From the NCBI GenBank assembly GCA_965207545.1, contig CBDBMS010000003.1:216634-280633 (forward strand): a stretch of DNA of 64,000 bases. The letters are read 5' to 3'. The translations under genes and the position numbers were made by a program. Positions 19,001 to 25,969 of this stretch are shown one piece after another. The notes below the pieces were generated by a model. The model did no database searches. It saw only the letters and a program-made list of their open reading frames with translations, and was not told the DNA's origin. The DNA comes from Gammaproteobacteria bacterium (GTDB lineage: Bacteria; Pseudomonadota; Gammaproteobacteria; Tethybacterales; CBDBMS01). How positions within the stretch are numbered: position 1 is the stretch's first letter; the number at the start of each line of letters is the position of its first letter.

Positions 19001-21400
19001 TAGTTTTTCATCTACTGTTTTTCCATCACGTTGCTGGACAAATTTTTCTAACTGCTTTGGAGCAATCTGCAACAAGTTTGCCAAATCCCCCAGCATCTGG
19101 TAGTGTTTCTGTCTTGGCTTGTGGTTGCAGTAGGTAAGCAAGTGATCTTTATCATCAAAGCGACCTGTATTTTCATAGCCTCGTCCGTTGATGTAACGGT
19201 ATTCAGGGTGAATGAACATCCTGCCAGCTTTGGCGCGTTGTCTCTGTTTGTAGTATTTGCAGACCAAGTGTAAAAAACTACCTTTTGCGAATATGGCACC
19301 GTTCTGGTAGTTTGTAGAAGTTTTCAAATCATCAGGCAGCTTGCTGATGGCTTCTTTCAACCTGTTTTTTGCCTTTTCTTTCTCTTCGATGGATGATTGT
19401 GATTGTCGACATTTCTTGGCATAGCTGTATATTTCATTCAGTTTAAGAGGATCTTTGACGCGATCAAAAATGAACTGGAGGATCCGGCCATCCAGTTCCT
19501 TGAGTGACCTGCGCCCTGAATCTCTTTTTAGTTCTCCTGTCTTTTCATTGCTGAAGTAGGGTAAGCCTTTGCCGCTTTCTAAGTTCTTCAGTTCTTTCTC
19601 GAAATCTTCCAAATGAACTTTGCTTTTGAGTTCTCTCAGCCACTTTTGCCACTCGGAGTAGTGATTATCCAAATATGTCGGATTGAGTATCAGGGTTTGA
19701 CAACGCGGTGGACGGCGGTTGTTGTTGTCTTGATAGGGGGGAATAGTGCTTTCGGGGTTTTTGTCTAGCCAGAACTTTATTACTGCAATCGGTATTTTTT
19801 TGTCTTTTGTTTTAATGTGGCACTCCTTGTCAGAAACGAATTTTTTCCAACATTCTTTTAAATCCTCATAATTCTGCGCATGACCTTTTGATTTCTTATT
19901 TTTGTCTTTTTCACTTACGCGCCATGCATGTAAAATCCAGTGGTCGAAGATTTGGCTCAGGCGGGCTTCTTTCCAATCATCAGATTTTTGGTGGTTTTTA
20001 TCATTGAAGTATTTACGTAGCGGTTTGAGCTCTAGATTGCTGAGGTGGCCGATCAGCTTGGAGAGTGAATCAATGGTTAAATCAGGATATTCTCCATTGT
20101 GTAATTTCTTGCAAAATCGATCTATGTAGTCGTCACCGGTGGGTGTTCCGTCTTTTTTTCTTCCCTTTGTTCTCTCGTTCTGTAAAACATCTTTTATCTC
20201 AACATAATATTTGCTGCGATGACGACCACCTGATTCCAATTCATCGAGAATCTTTTGCAGGGCAAAGGCAAGATGATGCAGGTGGTTTTTTTGCCACTTT
20301 TTTTCTGATCCAGCATCAGGAGGATCAGCATCCAATTGAGTTTTTTCTATCGAAAACGACTTCCGAAAATTCCAGATATCATCGTTTAATTCTTTTTCCT
20401 TCACCTTCAAAGCGCAGTCCTTCGGGAGGTTGTCCAAAATTTTCTGTCCTGTCGCCTCTCCTGCAAGCATGGACACAAGAGATTTCTGGGAGTTCTCGGA
20501 CCCCGCTAATGCGGCTTGACCAGCTGATTTTCCTGCAAGCATGGACACAAGAGATTTCTGGCAGTCCTGGCAGCTGTCCAAGATTTTCTGTACTTCCGCT
20601 CCGTTTGACGCTTCGCCCCCTTTCGCGCATTGCAAGTTCTGGCAACTGTCCAAAATTTTCTGTACTTCCGCTGTCTTATTTTTACTCAAATAGTTGTCCA
20701 AGTTAACTTTGTCACCCGAAGGAGTAGGAAGTAAATTTTGTACAGGCTGACCCCACTCCTTTAGAAGCCATTTGGGAAAATCAAGATTTATCTTTTTACC
20801 GACAAATTTACTCCATGGTTCTACACAATATTTCTTGAGCTTCTTTGTCTCCTTGATGACAAAAAGCTCCTTACGGATTCGTTTAGGTTCTTCATAAATG
20901 GCATCGAACATGCGCTTTATTTCTTCTTTATCTTTATTAGCCCATTCGGTTAAAGCACTGGCAAAGTCATATTCACCATTGTCGTTTGATTTAATTTTCA
21001 ATTTATCGGGTAAGCATTTATACGCTTTTTCAGGGAATCGGCTCAACACCTCAGCATCATATTCTTCAGTTAAAAAGGTGAACCCCCGGCGATTGAGCAG
21101 AAAGCTGATGGTCTGCTGAATGTCTTTATCCCAATCCAGACCGAAGTGATTTTCCCAGATTAGCTTGAACAGACGTTTGACCATCTGACGACGGTCATAG
21201 CCGCGTCGCTGGTGGCGTGCTGCGGTTCTTTTCTCCATTAACAGTGTATATTTGTCTTCATCAAGTTGGTAGACCTTGCCTTCGCCAGTTTTCCCGACAT
21301 CTTCAATAGAAGCGCCTTCCTCGTAGTGGGCAAAGTAAACCCCGGTATTTTTGGCGCCGAGGTCTATAGAGACAGGGCTGATAATAGTATTTTTGGGCAT
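16028..21400 (-). CDS. cas9: Type II-B Cas9 (Csx12-like), 1790 aa
   Basis: RuvC-I SPVSIDLGAKNTG; bridge helix RTAARHQRRGYDRRQMVKRLF; PPYQDNNNRRPPRCQ; RuvC-II IITESNRFEF; HNH CPYT...DHIIPRS...LNDEANL; RuvC-III HYSHLIDA. Linked to cas1-cas2-cas4. Confidence 0.97.
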   Translation of the reverse strand: MPKNTIISPVSIDLGAKNTGVYFAHYEEGASIEDVGKTGEGKVYQLDEDKYTLLMEKRTAARHQRRGYDRRQMVKRLFKLIWENHFGLDWDKDIQQTISFLLNRRGFTFLTEEYDAEVLSRFPEKAYKCLPDKLKIKSNDNGEYDFASALTEWANKDKEEIKRMFDAIYEEPKRIRKELFVIKETKKLKKYCVEPWSKFVGKKINLDFPKWLLKEWGQPVQNLLPTPSGDKVNLDNYLSKNKTAEVQKILDSCQNLQCAKGGEASNGAEVQKILDSCQDCQKSLVSMLAGKSAGQAALAGSENSQKSLVSMLAGEATGQKILDNLPKDCALKVKEKELNDDIWNFRKSFSIEKTQLDADPPDAGSEKKWQKNHLHHLAFALQKILDELESGGRHRSKYYVEIKDVLQNERTKGRKKDGTPTGDDYIDRFCKKLHNGEYPDLTIDSLSKLIGHLSNLELKPLRKYFNDKNHQKSDDWKEARLSQIFDHWILHAWRVSEKDKNKKSKGHAQNYEDLKECWKKFVSDKECHIKTKDKKIPIAVIKFWLDKNPESTIPPYQDNNNRRPPRCQTLILNPTYLDNHYSEWQKWLRELKSKVHLEDFEKELKNLESGKGLPYFSNEKTGELKRDSGRRSLKELDGRILQFIFDRVKDPLKLNEIYSYAKKCRQSQSSIEEKEKAKNRLKEAISKLPDDLKTSTNYQNGAIFAKGSFLHLVCKYYKQRQRAKAGRMFIHPEYRYINGRGYENTGRFDDKDHLLTYCNHKPRQKHYQMLGDLANLLQIAPKQLEKFVQQRDGKTVDEKLFNWLKGIDTLKTNCDQAAKEQKNRRGRLKLDIQTLFGLIYHQRKSDSPSEKEIKEIVNKSKVDKAFKLYKFCKRAKKLCQEVTEPLYDNDKHWDINPATAVYLLAQINNLAFKERSGNAKTCAVCSVDNAQRMQRITSKNIAESHAKAQRLPAIPTRLIDGAVMRMARIVGGAIAKDKWEKIEKNLKADRKVRVPIITESNRFEFEPSLKEIKGKKPKGTEKKGQNNLADSKDKRIREASLGICPYTDKPLGKDGDWDHIIPRSSEWGTLNDEANLIWASDEGNEKVKKHDIFSLANLKPEYKQKQFETSKDDSEIEQWIIKEIDDEKGENFKFGKYHSFINLTPKQQKAFRHALFLVGHDLREKVISAIDNRNRTLVNGTQRHFAEVLANNLYKRAKKIDKQHLLSFDYLGVEAQSNTRGDGIHDLRKKYEKIGHEILKYTKQEGKTQLHYSHLIDAQLAFAIMADSHRNDGGLKLKINDSYNLWPVDKDTGEISQKTTIFDSIQIKPEKMNREELKRKKAKEGFFEHRTLFDSNPRAWHFLKLIEIDSGDKKHYWKGFLELKTLKSCLEHDIEEPGNENKKHYLYGSKLSPEEEGSLVSLYSPNEGKYQFGYQNEKQQWPKIIIENQKLGNKYFTIRLYEIDKTKVAQFLLEHFNTKNTPNNWKDKDRDTYKKLQKLWYFTKRKNLIKEGKPDFNYKEENLKTIFPNPSLSRAWKKLNKEWDRTGSDCSDFLEKHFLANKHLPHQTHQRVRKEFSLPIRSEGQSFMLIARRTWNNKFIYQCQSEKSGNAGTGLYKIRNKQGKLCPSLTPYFRSRNIVLLKELDKIKTVLLEQGAFIDEDKWYPLKVPCNKFKNVESIENKYMSKDDSKWRITFKKPPSMEDLFYLMYDGCHIDGLKVGKKDEKDKIKEDRKKYFQNKSGFMHIKESEEKLKKCQETINKKYKKNKQYKKTTEDKGQLHFITCWLNCLKGLNGRTLTYKRSVPLKIESA
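20421..20672. repeat. Nested 72-nt-period interrupted direct repeats inside cas9
   Basis: 20459-20496 vs 20531-20568 (38 nt, 2 mismatches); 20563-20600 vs 20635-20672 (38 nt, 3 mismatches); 17-nt exact match 20431-20447 vs 20647-20663 (offset 216 = 3x72). Confidence 0.92.
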
Positions 21401-21408
21401 CAGGTTGA

Positions 21409-21449
21409 CCTCCTGGAAATTTTATTCTTTACATCTTGACAGTATAGCA
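21409..21449 (-). promoter_or_regulatory. cas operon promoter (extended -10 TGCTATACT) and RBS GGAGG
   Basis: Minus strand TGC-TATACT at 21449-21441; GGAGG at 21413-21409, 8 nt before the cas9 ATG. Confidence 0.65.
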
Positions 21450-21495
21450 CTCCTGTCTTCCTGTTTCGGATTGTTCTTTCCTATTGTTCCAGCAA

Positions 21496-22530
21496 TTAGA
21501 ACAGTCTGAACCTCTCCCCGGCCTTTCCGCCGACCTTGATGTCGTTGTTGTCCCTAACGGCCAGATGGGCCACGGAACCGAACCGTTCCGCGATGCCTGC
21601 CGCCTCTTCCGGGGACGCTATTGCCAGTGCTGTCGACAACGCATCGGCAGCGGCTGACGAATTCGTTCCGCAGGCTTGGCTGCAGATCACTGCCGCGAGG
21701 CGTGCCTGCTTGGATGGGCGTCCTGTTTCCGGATCAAGTATGTGGTGGACGGTCTCGCCGTCTGCGCCGGTGTAGTTTCGTTCAGTGGTTCCCGAAATGC
21801 TGAGCGTTTCGCCCGGCATGAGCGTGACGGTGCCGATGATTTCCGAATCCGCGGCGAGCCTGATGCCCACGCGCCACGGCTGGCTATCTTCCGCATGGCC
21901 GAAGGCGGCGACGACACTTCCGTAGCTGAGCAGGGCGTTTTCAATTCCGGCCTCCGCCAGGATGCCTCGCGCAACATCCAGTGAGTATCCCTTCAGCATG
22001 CCGCTGAAGTCGAACTGCACGTTTTCATGCGCTGCAGTGACGCTTCCGTTCCTGATCTTGACGGAGTCCATTGTCGGGAGGTTGGCAAGATAGGCTTCAA
22101 GCCCCTGTGTCTGCGCACTGGACGCATCCGGCCTGTTGCTGTGGAACCCCCACATCGCAAACAGTCTGCCGAGTGCGGGATTGAAGAGCCTGTTCGAGGC
22201 CTCCTGGAATCCCGTGCACATTGCGATCACGTTCTCCATGGCTCTGCTGACCTTGAAGGGCAGGGCTTTCTGCCTGATCGCCGTATTGAGGTGTTGCAGT
22301 TCGCCCGTCTTCCATGGATGAAAGGTTTCGTGCATTTGCCGTGCGCTCTCGAGGATCCGGTCGATTGCGGCGTTTGCCAGCCTGGTGTCGGCATGGCGAA
22401 CGGTGACATCGAGACGTGTTGCGAACACGAAGGCGCTGCGCATAACGGTTGTGTCACGGGAGGACTGGCAGGCCTGCAGCAGCAGGCCTGCCAGTAGGAT
22501 CAGGCCTGCCGCGCGCGGCAGGCAATGCAT
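21496..22530 (-). CDS. apbE: FAD:protein FMN transferase (ApbE family lipoprotein)
   Basis: Lipobox LQAC, FNPALG, FDFSG.LKGY, HHILDPETGRP and ADALSTA motifs. Confidence 0.88.
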   Translation of the reverse strand: MHCLPRAAGLILLAGLLLQACQSSRDTTVMRSAFVFATRLDVTVRHADTRLANAAIDRILESARQMHETFHPWKTGELQHLNTAIRQKALPFKVSRAMENVIAMCTGFQEASNRLFNPALGRLFAMWGFHSNRPDASSAQTQGLEAYLANLPTMDSVKIRNGSVTAAHENVQFDFSGMLKGYSLDVARGILAEAGIENALLSYGSVVAAFGHAEDSQPWRVGIRLAADSEIIGTVTLMPGETLSISGTTERNYTGADGETVHHILDPETGRPSKQARLAAVICSQACGTNSSAAADALSTALAIASPEEAAGIAERFGSVAHLAVRDNNDIKVGGKAGERFRLF

Positions 22531-23450
22531 TCGATGAAGCGCTCGGCGCAGTTGTGACCTGTCTGGTCCAGGATTTCCCGCATGCAGGTTGGGCTTGTGA
22601 TGTTGATCTCGGTCAGGCGGTCTCCGAGGATGTCGAGACCGGCGAGCAGAATCCCCTGGGCGGCAATGTCCTGTCCGACCGTCTCGGCGATCTTGCGCTC
22701 GGTTGCGCCGAGCGGTTCGGCGATTGCCTTGGCGCCGGCGGCGAGGTTCCCCCTGAAGTCCCCCTCCTGCGGAACACGGCGAAGCATGTACGGTTCGGGA
22801 GTTCCGTCGATAACGAGAACACGCTTGTCGCCGTCCTTGGCGGCAGCGACTGTTTGCTGTGCCATGACCATGGAAATGCCATCTTCCGTCAGTTCGGCAA
22901 CGGTCGAATCAAGATCGGGGTCGCCGGCTGGCGAGATGTGCACTCCGCTTCCGCCCATGCGCCCGAGCGGCTTGACCACGCATCCCCTGTGCTCTCGGTG
23001 GAATGCGCGTATCCGCTCCGCATCAGACGTTACCAGGGTTTGCGGTGCGAACTGCGTATACCGCAATGTGGCCAGTTTCTCATCGAACATGGCCAGCGCA
23101 TCCGGCCTGTTGAACACCAACGTGCCTTCGCGCTCGGCGAGCCCCAGAAGCTGCACACACCTGAGATAGGCCATGTCGAACGGAGGATCCTTGCGCATGA
23201 CGATGGCGTCCATGTCGCCGGCTTTTGCATTGCTGCAGCTTTCGATGACGGTGTGCCACCGTTCTCCGTTACCGGTATCCAGCCTAAGGCTTTCGAATCG
23301 TGTTTCACGCCCGGAGGCGCATATCGAACCGTAAGGGATGGCGTGGACTTCGTGACCAGCGGAGACCGCCGTTCTCATCATCAGGATGGAGGTGTCCTTC
23401 CATTCCTTGAGGGAGTCAAGCGGGTCGAGAACGAACCCGATTTTCGTCAT
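22500..23450 (-). CDS. gshB: Glutathione synthetase
   Basis: MRKDPPFD, KPLG.MGG, GDKRV, RGNLAAG and LTEINITSPTC motifs. Confidence 0.96.
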   Translation of the reverse strand: MTKIGFVLDPLDSLKEWKDTSILMMRTAVSAGHEVHAIPYGSICASGRETRFESLRLDTGNGERWHTVIESCSNAKAGDMDAIVMRKDPPFDMAYLRCVQLLGLAEREGTLVFNRPDALAMFDEKLATLRYTQFAPQTLVTSDAERIRAFHREHRGCVVKPLGRMGGSGVHISPAGDPDLDSTVAELTEDGISMVMAQQTVAAAKDGDKRVLVIDGTPEPYMLRRVPQEGDFRGNLAAGAKAIAEPLGATERKIAETVGQDIAAQGILLAGLDILGDRLTEINITSPTCMREILDQTGHNCAERFIECIACRARQA

Positions 23451-23491
23451 GGCCCGTCGAACGGCGCACGCCGCGGGGATCCTGCGCAGGT

Positions 23492-24142
23492 TTACTCGAT
23501 GACCGCCACGTCGACGGCGATTTTGACCTCGCTTCCGGGATCGTGATCAAGCACATCGGTGAAGATATTGCCGCCGTAGGAGTACTTGACCGTGTAACCG
23601 GTGATGATCTTCTTTTCACGTTCATGGGTCTTGCAGACACTGACGCGCTTGTAGCCATCCTTGGATGTGGCTGTCTCTGGATTCTCGATGTTCCCTCCGA
23701 CGATCTTGCCGATAAGGGCTCCGGTGGCCGTTGCCGCAGTCTTTCCGGATCCCTTGCCGACATTGTTGCCGACCAGTCCGCCGACTACTGCGCCGACGAT
23801 CTCGCCCTGCCCCAGCCCTTCGTTGTCGGGATTGAGCACTTCGGAACCGATCACCGCTCCCACCGCTGCCGCCGCGTCACGTCCCGAACCCTTGCCTGCG
23901 GCGGATCCTGCAGCTCCGCCAACCAGTCCGCCGACCACCTGGTTGATGGTGTCATTGCGCTTCGCATACGGATCCGCTTTTCGCAGTTGCGTAGTGCATG
24001 TCTCGTAGGGCTCGTATGCCGTTTCGACGACTGGCGTGGAGGAGATGACCCTGGCAGTCTTCACCACCGTGCCGGCGGTGGCAGACATGGCTCCAGTGAC
24101 TGCAATTGAAGTGGCCAGCATGGCCGTTGCGGTTCTTTTCAT
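23492..24142 (-). CDS. Exported glycine-zipper 2TM protein with two zipper motifs
   Basis: Signal peptide MKRTATAMLA...; GG.VGG.AG..GKGSG twice; C-terminal GYTVKYSY; start at ATG 24142 with AAGG RBS. Confidence 0.82.
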   Translation of the reverse strand: MKRTATAMLATSIAVTGAMSATAGTVVKTARVISSTPVVETAYEPYETCTTQLRKADPYAKRNDTINQVVGGLVGGAAGSAAGKGSGRDAAAAVGAVIGSEVLNPDNEGLGQGEIVGAVVGGLVGNNVGKGSGKTAATATGALIGKIVGGNIENPETATSKDGYKRVSVCKTHEREKKIITGYTVKYSYGGNIFTDVLDHDPGSEVKIAVDVAVIE

Positions 24143-24299
24143 TGCCTTCCCTTTTCTGTGATTCCTATTGTATATCGGTTTTGTCGTTTCACACTCCACG
24201 CCCCGTGCAAATTCCTATCATCCTAAACCTAACAGGACTTGTTAGAAGTGTGGCTTGTCTGTAATCATAGTCCTAAACATATCAGTCAGTTATATGAAT

Positions 24300-24334
24300 G
24301 TAGTGAAAAGTGGTAAAAAGGGGGATATTGTGGT
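24300..24334 (+). promoter_or_regulatory. MraZ operator boxes upstream of the dcw cluster
   Basis: GTAGT/GTGGT/GGGGG/GTGGT boxes at an exact 10-nt period (24300, 24310, 24320, 24330) just upstream of mraZ. Confidence 0.75.
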
Positions 24335-24361
24335 AAAATTTTCTAGGAAAGGAGATTCAAG

Positions 24362-24808
24362 GTGTTCCGGGGAGCGGCAAAATCCAAACTAGACAGCAAA
24401 GGCAGAATGATGGTGCCCAACAAGTACCGTCAGGCGCTTGGCAATTCAGGCGAGGAGATCATTCTGACCGGTCATCCTGCAGGATGCCTGATGCTCTTCA
24501 GGATCGACGCCTTTCTGGAGCTTGAGAGCAAGATACTGAAGCTTCCTGATTCAAGCGAGCGGGCTCTGTACAACAAGCAGGTGGTGGTTGGCTACGCAGA
24601 CCAGATGAAGCTCGATTCGTACGGCAGGATTCTGATCAACTCCGAACTGCGCGACCATGCCGGTCTTGCCAGGGAGGTTTTGCTGACCGGCATGAACGTA
24701 CATGTCCGACTGTGGGACGAAGCCTATTGGAGGAACTTCTGCCAGCGCATGAAAGGGCAGGACAGTCCCGAGCCCCCTCCCGGCTGGGACGATTTCTCCT
24801 ATCTCTGA
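24362..24808 (+). CDS. mraZ: Division/cell wall cluster transcriptional repressor MraZ
   Basis: MFRG...LDSKGR and LDSYGRILI (two DxxGR motifs). Confidence 0.95.
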   Translation: MFRGAAKSKLDSKGRMMVPNKYRQALGNSGEEIILTGHPAGCLMLFRIDAFLELESKILKLPDSSERALYNKQVVVGYADQMKLDSYGRILINSELRDHAGLAREVLLTGMNVHVRLWDEAYWRNFCQRMKGQDSPEPPPGWDDFSYL

Positions 24809-24818
24809 TGGCGGAGCG

Positions 24819-25694
24819 GTGCATGTTCCGGTACTGCTTCATGAAGCTGCAGAGCGTCTGGTTCACCGCCCTGACGGGGTTTATGTCGACTGTACCTTTG
24901 GCGGTGGCGGACACTCAAGGGCGGTTCTTGGGCTTCTCGGTGCGGAAGGGCGGTTGCTCGCCCTCGACTGGGATGCCGAGGCGCAGGAACGGACAGAGGC
25001 TCTCTCCGACCGTCGGTTCCGCTTCGTCAGGGCCAGTTTCGCGACCCTCGGCGAGGTGCTTGATGCCGAGGGGATCGGCACGGTCGACGGTGTGCTTCTT
25101 GATCTCGGTCTTTCGTCCTTTCAGCTTGCACATGCCGCCCGCGGCTTCTCTTTCGCCAGCGACGGTCCGCTTGACATGAGAATGGATTCGCGACTCAGCC
25201 GCACCGCCGCCAACGTGGTCAACAGCATTCCGGAGAAGGAGTTCGCCGACCTGCTGGCGAGTCTCGGCGAGGTAAGGCAATCTCGGCGGCTGGCGCGCAA
25301 GCTGGTTGCCAGGCGCAAGGACCGGAAGTTTTCCTCGACGCTGGATCTGGCGGATGCGGTCTGCTCGGTTGTTCCCCGCACAGGACGCCTGCATCCGGCG
25401 ACAAAGGTGTTTCAGGCGCTGCGGATCTTCGTCAACGACGAGCTCGGAAATCTTCGTGCCGGACTGGCGGTTGCCGCAGAGCGGGTTGCCGGCGGCGGCC
25501 GGCTTGTGGTGATCAGCTTCCATTCGCTTGAAGACCGCGTGGTCAAGAATTTCATGCGTGGCGGAGGCGGTCAGAGCGCGCCGTTCAGGAGGGAAGGCGA
25601 CCTGATACGTCCGTCCGGCGAGGAGACGCGGCGCAATCCCCGTGCGCGCAGCGCGCGCATGAGAGTGGGCGTCCGGGTTGCGGCAGCGTCATGA
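24819..25694 (+). CDS. rsmH: 16S rRNA m4C1402 methyltransferase
   Basis: HVPVLL, DCTFGGGGHS, DLGLSS.QL, HPAT.VFQALRI.VN.EL, FHSLEDR and NPRARSA motifs. Confidence 0.96.
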   Translation: MHVPVLLHEAAERLVHRPDGVYVDCTFGGGGHSRAVLGLLGAEGRLLALDWDAEAQERTEALSDRRFRFVRASFATLGEVLDAEGIGTVDGVLLDLGLSSFQLAHAARGFSFASDGPLDMRMDSRLSRTAANVVNSIPEKEFADLLASLGEVRQSRRLARKLVARRKDRKFSSTLDLADAVCSVVPRTGRLHPATKVFQALRIFVNDELGNLRAGLAVAAERVAGGGRLVVISFHSLEDRVVKNFMRGGGGQSAPFRREGDLIRPSGEETRRNPRARSARMRVGVRVAAAS

Positions 25695-25969
25695 GAAGCC
25701 GCGTCGTTCTTTATGTGTTGCTGCTTCTCATATTCTCAAGCTCTATCGCTCTCGTGGACGTCAGGTTCAAGGGGCGCGCGCTGAACGCCGCTCTTGCCGA
25801 GCTGGGCGCTGAAGGAAGGAACCTTCGGCGGGAGAATCGCCGGCTGCAGATCGAACTGACGACGTTCAGCGACCTGCGCGAAGTTCACGGCCGCAGCGTC
25901 AAGGAACTTGGCATGGTGTTTCCCCGGATAGTCGACGGCACCATGATGCTTGTTTCGCCAAGACGATGA
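25691..25969 (+). CDS. ftsL: Cell division protein FtsL
   Basis: N-terminal TM, coiled coil and LGM..P motif; located between rsmH and ftsI. Confidence 0.85.
   Translation: MRSRVVLYVLLLLIFSSSIALVDVRFKGRALNAALAELGAEGRNLRRENRRLQIELTTFSDLREVHGRSVKELGMVFPRIVDGTMMLVSPRR

Noticed and set aside
21436-21503. Repeat-like fragments near the cas9 promoter (GTTCTAATTGCTGG and GCTATACTGTCAA on the minus strand)
   Set aside because: Spacing does not match the repeat, pairing with the tracrRNA is poor, and the second fragment is explained by the -10 box.
24806-24821. TGATG overlap after mraZ whose ATG is out of frame with rsmH (possible 1-nt deletion)
   Set aside because: An in-frame GTG at 24819 gives a complete RsmH; cannot distinguish a real variant from a sequencing error.
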